A stretch of DNA of 64,000 nucleotides from an uncultured Verrucomicrobiae bacterium (GTDB taxonomy: Bacteria; Verrucomicrobiota; Verrucomicrobiia; Verrucomicrobiales; Akkermansiaceae). This document shows, piece by piece, positions 19,281 to 30,119 of the stretch. The position numbers and the translations under genes were made by a program. The notes beneath the pieces are model-generated. The model had not been told where the DNA came from, made no database searches, and saw nothing but the letters and a program-made list of their open reading frames with translations. The stretch is taken from assembly GCA_963729485.1 (NCBI GenBank), contig CAVSNV010000006.1:289687-353686 (forward strand), read 5' to 3'. The first letter of the stretch is position 1. Every line of letters starts with the position of its first letter.

Positions 19281-20298
19281 ATGAATAGTCCCCCCGTGGC
19301 GGTTTTCCTAGCAATTGAAAGTTCCTGTGATGAGACGGCGGTTGCGATCCTGCGCGGCGAACCGGGCGGTGCCGCCGAGATCCTTGCCAGCGAGGTCGCG
19401 TCACAGATCGAGCAACACCGTGAGTACGGCGGAGTGGTTCCCGAGCTGGCTTCACGGAGCCACTCGCTCTGCCTTGACGGGCTGGTGGCAAAAGCTCTTT
19501 CCGAGGCTGGAACAAGCATCCGTGACATCGACGTGTTCGGCGCGACGATGGGTCCGGGGCTGGCGTCATCGTTGCTCGTCGGAAGCACGGCAGCAAAGGC
19601 GATGGCTTGCGTGATCGGCAAGCCCTTCGTCGGAATCAACCACATGGAAGGACATTTGCTGTCACCTTTTCTCGGCGAATCACTGGTCCCGCAGCACACC
19701 GCGTTGATCGTTTCCGGCGGTCATACTTTGTTAATGAACGTAAAGGGTGCGGGAGACTACATCCGATTGGGAAGCACCAAGGACGATGCCGCCGGAGAAG
19801 CCTTCGACAAGGTGGGGAAAATGCTCGGACTCCCCTACCCTGGCGGGCCGGAAATTGAAAAAGTGGCGATGGATGGTGATCCCCGCGCGTTCGATTTCCC
19901 GAGGTCCATAATGCATGACGGCTCCCTGGATTTCTCGTTTTCCGGCTTGAAAACAGCCGTGCTCTACACCCTTCAGAAACAATCAGGGGCCCGGACCCGA
20001 GACGTGGCAGCCTCGTTCCAAGTCGCAGTGATCGAAGTTCTTGTGGAGAAAACGATCCGTGCCGCCCGAACCGCCGGCTCCGATCTGATCGCGCTTTCCG
20101 GCGGGGTGAGCCTGAACGGGGCGGTTCGCGCGGCATTCGAGAAACGCTGCGAGAAGGAAGGGATTCGTCTCGCCCTGGCGAATCGGGATCTATGCACCGA
20201 CAATGCCGCCATGATCGCATTTGCCGGGGCTCCTGCGCTTTTTCTCGGGGAAAACAGATAACCTCGAAGGCGACATCGACCCGAACCTCAGCCTCTGA
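19281..20298 (+). CDS. tsaD: tRNA N6-adenosine threonylcarbamoyltransferase (frameshift near the 3' end)
   Basis: LAIESSCDETAVA, GGVVPELASRSH, NHMEGH, DDAAGEAFDK, CTDNAAMIA. Confidence 0.95.
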
Positions 20299-20371
20299 AC
20301 GATCAAACGTTTGCTTCCGCGAGCACCTTTTGTCTCGCCGGGAAGGGAACGGGCAGGCAAGTTTCCGCCGG

Positions 20372-21001
20372 ATGAACTACCGGGTATTGGTTTTTGATTT
20401 CGATGGGACGATCGCGGACACCCTCGGGGAAACACGGAGGATTTTCAACGAGCTGGCCCCGGATTACGGGATCCGTCAGGTGGAAGAGCACGAAGTGCCG
20501 AAATTACGCCACCTATCCTTGAAACAAATCCTCTCGGAACTGGAAATCCCCAAACGCCGGGTCCCCTCTATAATTGCCCGTGGAACGGGAATGATGCGCG
20601 CGAACATCGAACGGTTGCAACTCATCGAAGGTATGCGCGAAGCATTGTCAGAGCTTCGAAAACATGTTGATTCATTCGGAATCCTCACCTCCAATTCGAC
20701 GGCCAACGTGGATGTCTTCCTCAGAAACCACGGACTCCGGGATCAGTTCGAATTCGTCTCCTCCACTTCGAAGCTCACTGGGAAAGCGCGACATCTTCGG
20801 GCGATCCGGAAGACATTTTCCCTGAAATCATCAGAAATGCTCTACATCGGCGATGAATTGCGCGATGTGAAAGCGGCGCAGAAAGCGAAAATTCCGCATG
20901 CGGCGGTGACTTGGGGTTTCAATTCACGGGAGTCGCTGGCAGCCTCCAAACCGAACTTCCTCTTCGACAAGCCGGAGGAATTTTCCAAGCTTCTGGTTTA
21001 G
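20372..21001 (+). CDS. HAD family hydrolase (phosphoglycolate phosphatase-like)
   Basis: FDFDGTIADT, YIGDELRD, VTWGFN. Confidence 0.9.
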   Translation: MNYRVLVFDFDGTIADTLGETRRIFNELAPDYGIRQVEEHEVPKLRHLSLKQILSELEIPKRRVPSIIARGTGMMRANIERLQLIEGMREALSELRKHVDSFGILTSNSTANVDVFLRNHGLRDQFEFVSSTSKLTGKARHLRAIRKTFSLKSSEMLYIGDELRDVKAAQKAKIPHAAVTWGFNSRESLAASKPNFLFDKPEEFSKLLV

Positions 21002-21047
21002 TCCGTGACGATTGACAGACACCCTCGTAGCTGGACAAGCTTGCCGC

Positions 21048-22280
21048 ATGCCAGACGAGACGAAGGTGGAGAAAATCGAAGAGACGAAAATCGTGGAGAA
21101 ATCCCATGCGAATACGGAGGCAGCGGATGCAGACTCCGGTGTTTCCGGAAGCGCTGACAAGGGTCGCTTCGGCGGAATGATGATGCCTGTCATCTTCCTA
21201 CTGTTCATGATTTTCGCTATGGTCGTGGTTCTAGTCGTCACGAACATGCGCAAGACGGAAAGGTCCGGCGGAACCGGAATCCTCGTTGATGATCCCGCGG
21301 TCGCCGCGCTGAAGGCGGATCTCGATGCTCGCCGGAGTGAACTCAACCGCCAGCGCATGGCCGCCGGACTCCCGCCTCTTGAAGGCGGATCCGAGCCGAT
21401 GGAAGAAATCGCGAAACGCCTTAAAACGGATGCCGATACTCTGGTTGCGCTCTCAGGTCGTTTCCAACAGATACTTACCGAAAAAGACGCACAGATCACC
21501 AAGGTCAACCAGGACCTTCTCCGTGCCGAACAGATCCGCCAGAGCCTCTCCGCCGAGCTCGCCCGAGTGCAAGCGGATTTCCAGAAAGCCTTGGTCAGTG
21601 GATCGGAGGCAGACGGGCTGAAACGATTGCTCGCCGATTCCCGTGCGCAACGGGAAGCCGTTTCCGCTGAACTCACCGCTGCCCGCGAGCAACTCGCGAA
21701 CATGAAGGGAGCCATCAGCGAGGAGGACTACGCTGACCTGGAGCGTCGCCTCGAGGAGTCTTTGCGTGCCAGGGATTTCTTTGAAAACCGTGTGAAGGAA
21801 CTCGAAGCGCAGATCGGAAACGCGGATCTTTTCGCAAAATCGGAAAAAGACCTGATGCCGGCAGCGGTCGAGCTGTTTCGCCGACTCCGTAAACTGGAAG
21901 GAAAGATCGACTCTGACAACAACACCGAATACAGCAAACTGGGTGTCGAACTAGGCGCGAACGTGCTTGCGACTCTTCCCTTCGCAACCGGATCAAGCGA
22001 ACTGACTGCCGAGGATCAACAGACGATTTCCTCTCTCGTCGATAGCATCCCTGACGGCGACTTGCTGTTGGTGATCGGATATGCCTCCAAGACCGGAAAT
22101 CCCGAGTCCAACGAGCGCCTCTCCTCGGATAGAGCAACCGCTGCAGCGGAATACTACTCCGAACTCAAACGCTCGGGCCAACTCGTCCAAGCTGTGTATC
22201 TCGGACAGACCGATCGCTTCAGCAGCCGCGTCCCGGAGCGTAACCAGCTCTGCGAGATTTGGCAGATCCGCAGGAAATAA
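21048..22280 (+). CDS. Membrane-anchored coiled-coil protein with C-terminal OmpA-like domain
   Basis: Single TM segment, long coiled coil, FATGSSEL...GYASKTGNPESNERLSSDRA. Confidence 0.8.
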   Translation: MPDETKVEKIEETKIVEKSHANTEAADADSGVSGSADKGRFGGMMMPVIFLLFMIFAMVVVLVVTNMRKTERSGGTGILVDDPAVAALKADLDARRSELNRQRMAAGLPPLEGGSEPMEEIAKRLKTDADTLVALSGRFQQILTEKDAQITKVNQDLLRAEQIRQSLSAELARVQADFQKALVSGSEADGLKRLLADSRAQREAVSAELTAAREQLANMKGAISEEDYADLERRLEESLRARDFFENRVKELEAQIGNADLFAKSEKDLMPAAVELFRRLRKLEGKIDSDNNTEYSKLGVELGANVLATLPFATGSSELTAEDQQTISSLVDSIPDGDLLLVIGYASKTGNPESNERLSSDRATAAAEYYSELKRSGQLVQAVYLGQTDRFSSRVPERNQLCEIWQIRRK

Positions 22281-22436
22281 GCCCCTCCCTTCTCGAGACG
22301 CAGCCTATCGGAGCCCCACGGCGAACTCCACGAACTCCATAGGTTGCGCCTGTGGAGTCGGTAGCGCATATCGGAGATGAACCTCCACACTCTGATCATC
22401 TGCGAACCCATTTCGGGTGGCGGACGGGATGCACTA

Positions 22437-23593
22437 ATGTCCAGCGCGGTAAGTCCGTTTAAGAAAAACTTCGGGTGATTTTCTCGAAAATCTCTTCCGG
22501 GGTTTTCGACCAGACGAACGGGGAGGCTTCTTCGTTGTGAGTTTGGATGTAGTCCATGATCGCCTTCTCCAACTCCGCGGTCGATTCGAAACTCCCACGG
22601 CGTATCCTTTGGTCGGTCAGGAGACCGAAAAACCGTTCGATCTGATTGAGCCAGGACGCCCCGGTCGGCGTGAAATGAAGTTCGAAGCGCGGATGTTTGG
22701 CCAGCCACTTGCGGATTTGCGCCGTGTTGTGGGTCGCGTAGTTGTCAACGATGAGGTGGAGGGTTTCCCCTGCGCGCGTCGGGTAGCTTGCGTCGATGAG
22801 TTTGAGGAACTTCAGGAATTCCTGGTGCCGGTGTCTGCCGTGGCACTGTCCGATGACCTTTCCCGTCGCCACTTCAAGCGCGGCGAAAAGCGAAGTGGTA
22901 CCATGGCGGATGTAGTCATGGGTCTGGCGCTCGGGACTTCCCGGATCCATCGGCAGGACGGGCTGTGCGCGTTCCAAAGCCTAGCACTGGCTCTTCTCAT
23001 CGACGGAAAGCACGATGGCCCTGTCCGGCGGATTGAGATAAAGGCCGACGACATCACGAACCTTCTCCGCGAACATGGGGTCTTTGGAGAGCTTGAAGCC
23101 TTTGACCAAGTGGGGTTTTACCCCGAAAATCCGCCAGATGCGCCCGACGCTGTCCTGTCCGATTCCAACCTCCCTGGCCATGCGGCGACGGCTCCAATGG
23201 GTCCGGTTTTTTGGCGGGGCTTCAAGTGTTCTGGTCAGGACTTCCTCCACTTTCTTGTCCGAAATGGACCGGGGACAACCGCTGCGCGGAGCGTCCACAA
23301 GGCTTTCGATCCGGTTTTCCAGGAAACGGTTGCGCCATTTGCCTACGGTTTGAGCCGTGACTCCGACCGCGCTGGCAACCTCCTTATTGGAATCGCCCGA
23401 GGCGCAGCGCAGGATGATCCGTGCACGCTCGGAATCTCGTCGGAGGGACTTCGGTCGTGACGCGATCAGTTCCAGCTTCGAGGTTTCGGACTCGGACAAC
23501 TCGATGGTAGGGGCGATTCTTGGCATCCTTATGAATACTATAGGTCTAGTATTTTGCAAAAGAATATTCTTGCGGACTTACCGCGCTGGACAC
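22437..23593 (-). mobile_element. IS630-family insertion sequence (1157 bp)
   Basis: Terminal inverted repeats ATGTCCAGCGCGGTAAGTCCG / CGGACTTACCGCGCTGGACAC (20/21), flanked by TA on both sides. Confidence 0.92.
22459..23559 (-). pseudogene. IS630 transposase interrupted by an in-frame TAG at 22981-22983
   Basis: HTH N-terminus, then VDEKSQC*ALER, YIRHGT, DNYATH, SWLNQIERFF; both halves in the same frame. Confidence 0.85.
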
Positions 23594-23755
23594 TAACGGG
23601 TTTTGGGCAAAGGATTTCAACCCTTTGCTGTGCTTAACCGAGGTGGATGCCCAATCCAGTCCGGTCGCGTTGGAGGAAGACAGACCGCCGGAATCTATCG
23701 GGCGGATGCCCGGTCATCCGGCTTCCGGATGATCTCGCTCGGAAGTCCGGGCAAA

Positions 23756-25417
23756 TCACTCAGCCTCCGCAGGTGCGACGGGAATATCGCCCTGCCCCGA
23801 CGGAGCCTCCACGGGAAGTCCTCCCTTGTGATGCTCAACTCCTTCGTGGGCGGGACCATTCGGCAGCACGACGAAGCAAAGATACATGACCACTGTCGGA
23901 ATCAGCGCACCTAGGAATAGATAGAGCGGCGAGACTCCACCTTTGAAAAATCTAGCCAGGATACTCTGTCCGGCTGGGTTCGGTGCGTTTGCGATCACCG
24001 TAAGCCCTCCACCGGTAACAGCTCCGGCCACAACCGCATGCTTCGCGGTGATCGAGAGTCCTTCTACCTGCGAGGCAAGATAGGTGATGGCCGCGTTGTC
24101 GTTGAACGCGGTCAGAACGGTCGCTCCCAGCATCAGCGTGGCATCACCAAGGGTCCGGATCACCGGATCGATCCACCAGCCCTGAAGACCACCGTGGATA
24201 ATCAGGCCGGCAAGGAAGAATCCCACCAGGATGGGGCTACGCAGGGACACCGAGTTCTGGTGGTGCCTTGTGGACATCCGGAAGGCGAGGAAAAACAAGA
24301 ATCCACCGACGAATAGCACCGGATAATGCGCGGTATACACAGTCCATGCTAGGAACGAGAGATGAACGCACGTAATCCATGCGGGGATGTCATCTTCCCT
24401 TTCCTGCCACGAAAGGCGATGACCTTCGCCGTCCTCACCGCTGATCTGGTTGTGGTTGAGCTGTATCAGCTCTTTTCTGAAATACATGTAGTATGCTCCG
24501 GTAGCGATCAGAATACCGATCACAGCCTTCCACCCGAAGTGCTCCAGCATGAACGGAGTGCTCCACTCCCAAGTCGCGGCGACCATCAGAACCGGGGGTG
24601 CCGCGAAATTCGTGAGAGTACCTCCCACGGAAATATTCACGAAAAGCAGGCCGATCGTTGCGTAGGCAAATTTCTTGGACGGTCGATTCCTGTAGAATTT
24701 TTTCGCAAGCAGCATCGCTGCAATCGTCATCGCGGCTGGTTCCGTGATGAAAGACCCCAGGATCGGAGCGATTACCAGAACGCTAATCCACCACGCACCC
24801 GGTGTCTGTTTACCGAGGCCGGCGGCTTTCGCCATGAGCCTCTCCGCGAACCGAAGGACCGGACGACTTGCTGCGATTGCCATGATCACCGCTACAAACA
24901 TCGGTTCGGTGAAGTTCCGATCGTTGTTCACGTACAGCTTGAAATCTGGCCACGAGTAGAAATAGGCCGCGGCGCCGGCTAGTGCGATCACCCAGAGGCC
25001 GAAGATCGCCTCAACCTCCCCGAGGAAATGAAAAACGGTTGCACCAAAAGAAACTTCGTCCTCACCATCCGGATGCGCTTCATCCTTCGGCCCGCGAATC
25101 CGAAGTCTTTCCGCGTGCTCCACTTCGAGTTTGTGTGCGATCTTGTTCAGCGGACCGGCTGCGAACGTATGCATGATCGCTAGGAAAAAGATGACACTCG
25201 CTGCGATATTGAAAGGTTCCGCGGTCGCGCGCGCCTGGATCGTTTCCCACAACCCGCCCTCCACGACGGGGTATTCCTGGATAGGGAGCGGAAGAGCGGA
25301 ATGCTGCACAGATCCATCGGCGAACTCGTAGGCAGGCCCTCCTTCCTCGCTAGCGACCAAAGGGAGAACCGGAAAAACCAGCAGAAACAACAGGAACCAT
25401 CGGGAGAGAAATTTCAT
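23756..25417 (-). CDS. Putative Na+/H+ antiporter (DUF1504-like)
   Basis: Polytopic membrane protein; GSFITEPAAMT, NISVGGTLTNFAAPPVLMVA, DNAAITYL, GGGLTVIANAPNPAG. Confidence 0.8.
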   Translation of the reverse strand: MKFLSRWFLLFLLVFPVLPLVASEEGGPAYEFADGSVQHSALPLPIQEYPVVEGGLWETIQARATAEPFNIAASVIFFLAIMHTFAAGPLNKIAHKLEVEHAERLRIRGPKDEAHPDGEDEVSFGATVFHFLGEVEAIFGLWVIALAGAAAYFYSWPDFKLYVNNDRNFTEPMFVAVIMAIAASRPVLRFAERLMAKAAGLGKQTPGAWWISVLVIAPILGSFITEPAAMTIAAMLLAKKFYRNRPSKKFAYATIGLLFVNISVGGTLTNFAAPPVLMVAATWEWSTPFMLEHFGWKAVIGILIATGAYYMYFRKELIQLNHNQISGEDGEGHRLSWQEREDDIPAWITCVHLSFLAWTVYTAHYPVLFVGGFLFFLAFRMSTRHHQNSVSLRSPILVGFFLAGLIIHGGLQGWWIDPVIRTLGDATLMLGATVLTAFNDNAAITYLASQVEGLSITAKHAVVAGAVTGGGLTVIANAPNPAGQSILARFFKGGVSPLYLFLGALIPTVVMYLCFVVLPNGPAHEGVEHHKGGLPVEAPSGQGDIPVAPAEAE

Positions 25418-25552
25418 AGGAACTCTGGAGGGTCTAGAGAATAGCGGCACTCATCGCAAGGCCAACTTCCTAACTAAATCTCGCTTTGCGGTGGCAATCC
25501 ATCCGCCACCGGGTTATGGCTCCCGCCAGCGGCGATTTCCCGCGACTTTTCC

Positions 25553-26356
25553 ATGCTAAACAACCTCACTCTCATCAAAACCGGCACTGGCGTTCTCACC
25601 CGTACCGAAGACGGCACGATTGATCGTGCTGCTCTCCTCCATCTGGTCACCGCCATCGCAGGACTCATGAAAGCCGGTCACAACTGTCTTTTCGTATCAT
25701 CCGGGGCTGTAGGTTCCGGCGTTTCCGCCATGGGCCTCCGTGAATATCCAAAGGACATCATCACGCGGCAAGCCTGCGCCGCAGTGGGTCAGGCAAGACT
25801 GATGAGAACCTACACATCGCTATTTGCAAACTTCGATATCTCTGTCGCGCAGATCCTTCTAACCGCGGGCGATATCAAAGGTCCGCAGCGTGGCGGTTAC
25901 ATCAAAAACACGCTCAACCGCCTGCTTTCCGAGAAGCACATCCTGCCCATTGTGAACGAGAACGACTCAGTCGCCATTCGCGAGCTGAACTTCGGGGACA
26001 ACGACATGCTTTCAGTTCGGGTGGCCAAACTCATCGGCGTCAAGAGGGTCATTCTACTCACCAGCGTCGATGGTCTGCTAGACCCCACCACATCCGAACT
26101 GATCCGGGAGGTCTCGAATATCGACGATGTCTTCCAACACGTTCGGAACGACAAAGGAAAATTCTCCATGGGAGGAATGGCGTCGAAACTCAAAGCGGTG
26201 AAATTCGCAGTAGAAGCGGGAATTGAAACCCATATCGCCAACGGTCGTCATCCTCATCGCCTGACTGATATCGTGAACGGAAACGGATACTCCACGAGAT
26301 TCCTGCCTTGCGAACCCGCCGACGAACCAATTCAAAATATTGAACCAAATGTCTGA
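25553..26356 (+). CDS. proB: Glutamate 5-kinase (no PUA domain)
   Basis: VSSGAV, AAVGQ, PIVNENDSV, FGDNDMLS, GGMASK. Confidence 0.95.
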   Translation: MLNNLTLIKTGTGVLTRTEDGTIDRAALLHLVTAIAGLMKAGHNCLFVSSGAVGSGVSAMGLREYPKDIITRQACAAVGQARLMRTYTSLFANFDISVAQILLTAGDIKGPQRGGYIKNTLNRLLSEKHILPIVNENDSVAIRELNFGDNDMLSVRVAKLIGVKRVILLTSVDGLLDPTTSELIREVSNIDDVFQHVRNDKGKFSMGGMASKLKAVKFAVEAGIETHIANGRHPHRLTDIVNGNGYSTRFLPCEPADEPIQNIEPNV

Positions 26357-27611
26357 ACAGATCACAGAATCCATCCACGAAATGGGCCGCCAGGCCCGCG
26401 CCGCAGCGTACAAGCTCTCGCTTCTATCTTCAGAAAAGAAAGATGCCATTCTCCGCGCCATGGCGCAAGGCCTCCGGGATGCTTCAGCAGACATTCTCTC
26501 AGAAAACGCGAAAGATATCCTTGCTGGCGAAAAGAAGGACCTCTCGAGCGCCATGCTCGATCGCCTTCGTCTTGATGAAAGCCGATTGGAAGTGATCGCC
26601 TCGGCCCTAGAGCACGTCGCCTCCCTTCCAGATCCCACCGGACAGGTCATGGATTCATGGGAACGCCCGAACGGCATCAGAATCGAGCAAATCCGTGTTC
26701 CCATCGGCACCATCGGCATTATCTACGAAAGCCGTCCGAACGTCACCGCAGATGCCGCGGCTCTTTGTTTTAAGACAGGCAACGCCACGATCCTACGCGG
26801 CGGCTCCGAAGCCATCCACTCAAACCGCGCACTTGCTGCCGCTCTCGCCGCCGGAGGCAAAAAGGCGGGCCTCCCGGATCACGCCATCCAGCTCGTTCCA
26901 TTTACAGATAGGGAAAGTGTCGCCGCGATGGCCGGAATGGACCAATGGCTCGATCTGATCATCCCACGAGGTGGGAAAGGGCTCATCGAGACAGTCGTAT
27001 CTCTTGCTCGCATGCCGGTCATCAAACATTACGACGGGATCTGCCACCTCTACGTTTCAGGAAAGGCCGACCAGGAAATGGCAGTGAAAATCGCAGTCGA
27101 CTCCAAAACACAGAAACCAGGCGTCTGCAATGCCCTCGAAACTCTGCTCATACGGAAATCGATTGCCGCGAAGTTTTTGCCCGAGGTTGCCAGAGCTATG
27201 CGCGAAAAGGACGTCGAGCTACGCGGATGTGAAGAATCGCGCACCATCTTATCAGACCTGATTCCAGCTACGGAGGATGACTGGTCGACCGAATATTTGG
27301 AAAAAATCCTCTCCATCAAACTCGTTGAGGACATGGAGGAGGCTATCTCCCACATAAACACATACGCCTCCCACCACACCGATTGCATCGTCACCTCAGA
27401 CGAGGCGGAAGCAGAAACGTTTCTGAAATCCATCGATTCCGCCTGTGTGATGCACAACGTGTCCACGCGGTTTGCCGATGGCGGAGAATTTGGATTCGGC
27501 GCGGAAATCGGCATTTCCACAGATAAGCTCCATGCCCGCGGACCAATGGGCCTACGCGAACTGACGAGCTATCAATACAGGGTGAGAGGAACGGGTCAGA
27601 CCAAGGAGTGA
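26349..27611 (+). CDS. proA: Glutamate-5-semialdehyde dehydrogenase
   Basis: IYESRPNVT, CNALETLL, STRFADGGEFGFGAEIGISTDKLHARGPMG. Confidence 0.97.
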   Translation: MSEQITESIHEMGRQARAAAYKLSLLSSEKKDAILRAMAQGLRDASADILSENAKDILAGEKKDLSSAMLDRLRLDESRLEVIASALEHVASLPDPTGQVMDSWERPNGIRIEQIRVPIGTIGIIYESRPNVTADAAALCFKTGNATILRGGSEAIHSNRALAAALAAGGKKAGLPDHAIQLVPFTDRESVAAMAGMDQWLDLIIPRGGKGLIETVVSLARMPVIKHYDGICHLYVSGKADQEMAVKIAVDSKTQKPGVCNALETLLIRKSIAAKFLPEVARAMREKDVELRGCEESRTILSDLIPATEDDWSTEYLEKILSIKLVEDMEEAISHINTYASHHTDCIVTSDEAEAETFLKSIDSACVMHNVSTRFADGGEFGFGAEIGISTDKLHARGPMGLRELTSYQYRVRGTGQTKE

Positions 27612-28082
27612 TCAGGGCGGCGAACTCGATCCGCCGAATCGATCTTCCAAAATCTCACGACGATAGCTGAAAATCCTTTCTAATTTCGGCCTGACAAAAC
27701 CACTGTGGGCGATTTCGCCAAACGGCCATAGGGGCAGTGCGTAATGGACGAGATCTCTCATTAGCACACCACCATCCTTTTCCTCGAAAGAATGGCGGTG
27801 ATGCCAGAATTTGTAGGGGCCGAATCGTTGCTCATCCACAAAAGAGACTCCTTCTTCCACTGTCTTGATCTCCGTGACCCATGGCAGCCAGATCCCCGGA
27901 GCCACCATAACCTTATACTCGATGATCTGCCCTTCATACATGGTCTCATCCGGCTGATACACGATCTTGAAACCTAGCTCGTCCGGCGTGATCTCATCCA
28001 AATTCGCTGGTGTTGCGAAAAATTTCCAAGCCTGATCGATGGAAATCGGAAAAAATTGCGATTGTTCTAAAACGTGAATCAT
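27612..28082 (-). CDS. SRPBCC family protein
   Basis: FFATPANLDEITP, FVDEQRFGPYKFWHHRH. Confidence 0.85.
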   Translation of the reverse strand: MIHVLEQSQFFPISIDQAWKFFATPANLDEITPDELGFKIVYQPDETMYEGQIIEYKVMVAPGIWLPWVTEIKTVEEGVSFVDEQRFGPYKFWHHRHSFEEKDGGVLMRDLVHYALPLWPFGEIAHSGFVRPKLERIFSYRREILEDRFGGSSSPP

Positions 28083-28186
28083 TTCGACAGGAAGTTTCAC
28101 CTTCTTGCACGAAACACAAGGAATGCCTGACACTAAAGCACGGCGTTTATTGACTTACATCTAACTTTTACCGAGGATACCGGGCA

Positions 28187-28753
28187 GTGATTCTCGCCTT
28201 TAACAAACCATTCGGAGTCCTCAGCCAATTTACTCCGGATCGTCCCGGTCAGCGGACGCTTGCGGATTTTGGCTTCCCAGCTGGCGTGTATCCACTCGGT
28301 CGGCTGGACATGGATTCCGAAGGTCTCCTTCTACTCTCAGACGAGCCCGGTCTAAACAATCGTTTGCTTGATCCGAAATTCGCTCATGAACGATCCTATC
28401 TTGCCCAAGTGGAAGGCGTGCAGACCCAGACGGAAATCGCACGCCTCACAAGCGGTGAGATCATAGTCAGAGGTCACAAATGCCTGCCGTGTCGCGCGGA
28501 ATTTCTATCGACTTCCCAGGTTTTGCGTCCCCGCGACCCTCCCATCCGAGTCCGCGTGAACATTCCCGATTGCTGGCTTCGTCTCTACCTCCGCGAAGGC
28601 AAGAACCGCCAAGTGAGAAGAATGACAGCTGCGATCGGTCACCCTACGCTACGCCTGATCCGGGACTCAATCGCAGGCTTCTCAGATCCAGACCTTGATT
28701 CGGGAAAATGGAGGGAACTTTGCCCGAAAGAAATTCAGTCCATCGGACTGTGA
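28187..28753 (+). CDS. rluE: rRNA pseudouridine synthase, RluE/RsuA family
   Basis: FNKPFGVLSQF, GRLDMDSEGLLLL, EGKNRQVRRMTAAIGHPTLRLIR. Confidence 0.85.
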   Translation: MILAFNKPFGVLSQFTPDRPGQRTLADFGFPAGVYPLGRLDMDSEGLLLLSDEPGLNNRLLDPKFAHERSYLAQVEGVQTQTEIARLTSGEIIVRGHKCLPCRAEFLSTSQVLRPRDPPIRVRVNIPDCWLRLYLREGKNRQVRRMTAAIGHPTLRLIRDSIAGFSDPDLDSGKWRELCPKEIQSIGL

Positions 28754-29452
28754 ACTGATTAGGACTACTCGAGAAGCTTTCCTTCTCGCGGCCATCCATT
28801 TGCGAAAATGTAGTTCCTTAGCCCTCTCATCCAGCTCAGCCAAATCACCTCGCACTATTCTGAGATCACGCACGGGGCGCCTGCCAAGCTTTACCGGAAT
28901 CTCCAGCTTCTTGTCCTCGCGGACGATCGAGAGCTTGATCTCTGAAAGAGGCAGCATCGCTGCGATTTCTTCCGCGAAAAGGTTGGTCGCGCCAGCCTCG
29001 GACCAACCTTTTCCACTGAGGGCAATTACCAAGTCTCCTTCCCGTAAGCCTGCTAACTCGGCAGGACTCCCTGACATGACATTCCCCACGCGAATACCCA
29101 CTCTAATCTTCTCCTCAGGAGCACCCGGAAGGACCTCTTCCCTCATTACGATACCGAGATAGGCAGAACCGCCCGATAGATAGTCGATATCACTCAAGCT
29201 ACGAAGCACTCCCATGATTCTTTCTCTAGACTCGGGATCCTCTTCGGACCCAGCTTTCCGGATCAACAGCGGAACCGCCTGATCAGCATTGTCAGAGGAC
29301 CATTTGAGAAGTTTATCCTGAGCACGCTGGCGTTGCTGAAACACCGGATCTGATAACCCGTCGAGAAGGACTCCAGGTATCTGGCCCGAAAGTTCCAAGG
29401 CAGGAGAAAACGAGACCAGAAGAAACGTTACCCTCAAAACCTCCCGGTTCAC
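28682..29452 (-). CDS. PDZ-domain protein, probably exported
   Basis: AYLGI...SPAELAGLREGDLV; start uncertain. Confidence 0.7.
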   Translation of the reverse strand: MNREVLRVTFLLVSFSPALELSGQIPGVLLDGLSDPVFQQRQRAQDKLLKWSSDNADQAVPLLIRKAGSEEDPESRERIMGVLRSLSDIDYLSGGSAYLGIVMREEVLPGAPEEKIRVGIRVGNVMSGSPAELAGLREGDLVIALSGKGWSEAGATNLFAEEIAAMLPLSEIKLSIVREDKKLEIPVKLGRRPVRDLRIVRGDLAELDERAKELHFRKWMAARRKASRVVLISSQSDGLNFFRAKFPPFSRIKVWI

Positions 29453-29480
29453 AATAGAAGGTAACGTCAAACCTAGATAC

Positions 29481-30047
29481 CTATTGACCGAGCCAGTTCT
29501 TCTGCGGGATTTCCAAGGTGTCATCGGGCTGAAGAGGGACTCTCATAAATTGAGGATTGGTTACGTCGAACGTTCTCGTTTTCCCATCACGATATAGTTT
29601 CACACGTTTGAGGCTTCCAAATTCCGTAGCTCCTCCTGCAGACTGGATGGCTTGATAGACCGTAAGATTTTTGGTAAAGCTTACAGGACCTGTACGGCGA
29701 ACCTGACCGCCCACGTGGACCATCTGCTGCTGAACGCCACCACCGGCAGCAGTCGAAATCACTTGAATCGTGGGGCTGGTGTAGATCTCAGCCGCACGGT
29801 AGGCATTCTGAATCGATGCTGCCAAAGTTTCCGGTCTCAGCCCTGCGGCGCGGAGGTTTCCGATGAATGGAAGGTTCACGTTGCCGCTCTCAGACACTGG
29901 ATAGAGAGCGTCGACTTTCCCCTTCTCTTCAGCCGGTACACCCATAATTGTAATCTGAACGGAAGTTCCGGATTCGATTTGTGCGATCGCGGATGTGGCC
30001 CACACGACAAGCGTGGCTAAGGTGATTAAGATGGCTTTAGGATTCAT
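29481..30047 (-). CDS. Polysaccharide export protein, Wza-like (Poly_export plus SLBB)
   Basis: VSESGNVNLPFIG, VGGQVRRTG, AIQSAGG, LQPDDTLEIP. Confidence 0.85.
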   Translation of the reverse strand: MNPKAILITLATLVVWATSAIAQIESGTSVQITIMGVPAEEKGKVDALYPVSESGNVNLPFIGNLRAAGLRPETLAASIQNAYRAAEIYTSPTIQVISTAAGGGVQQQMVHVGGQVRRTGPVSFTKNLTVYQAIQSAGGATEFGSLKRVKLYRDGKTRTFDVTNPQFMRVPLQPDDTLEIPQKNWLGQ

Positions 30048-30119
30048 TTGAGTTTGATATTGTGAGATTAAATTGAATTGTTACGGAACAGACATCAAAA
30101 GGATAATAGCTTGTCCGCC

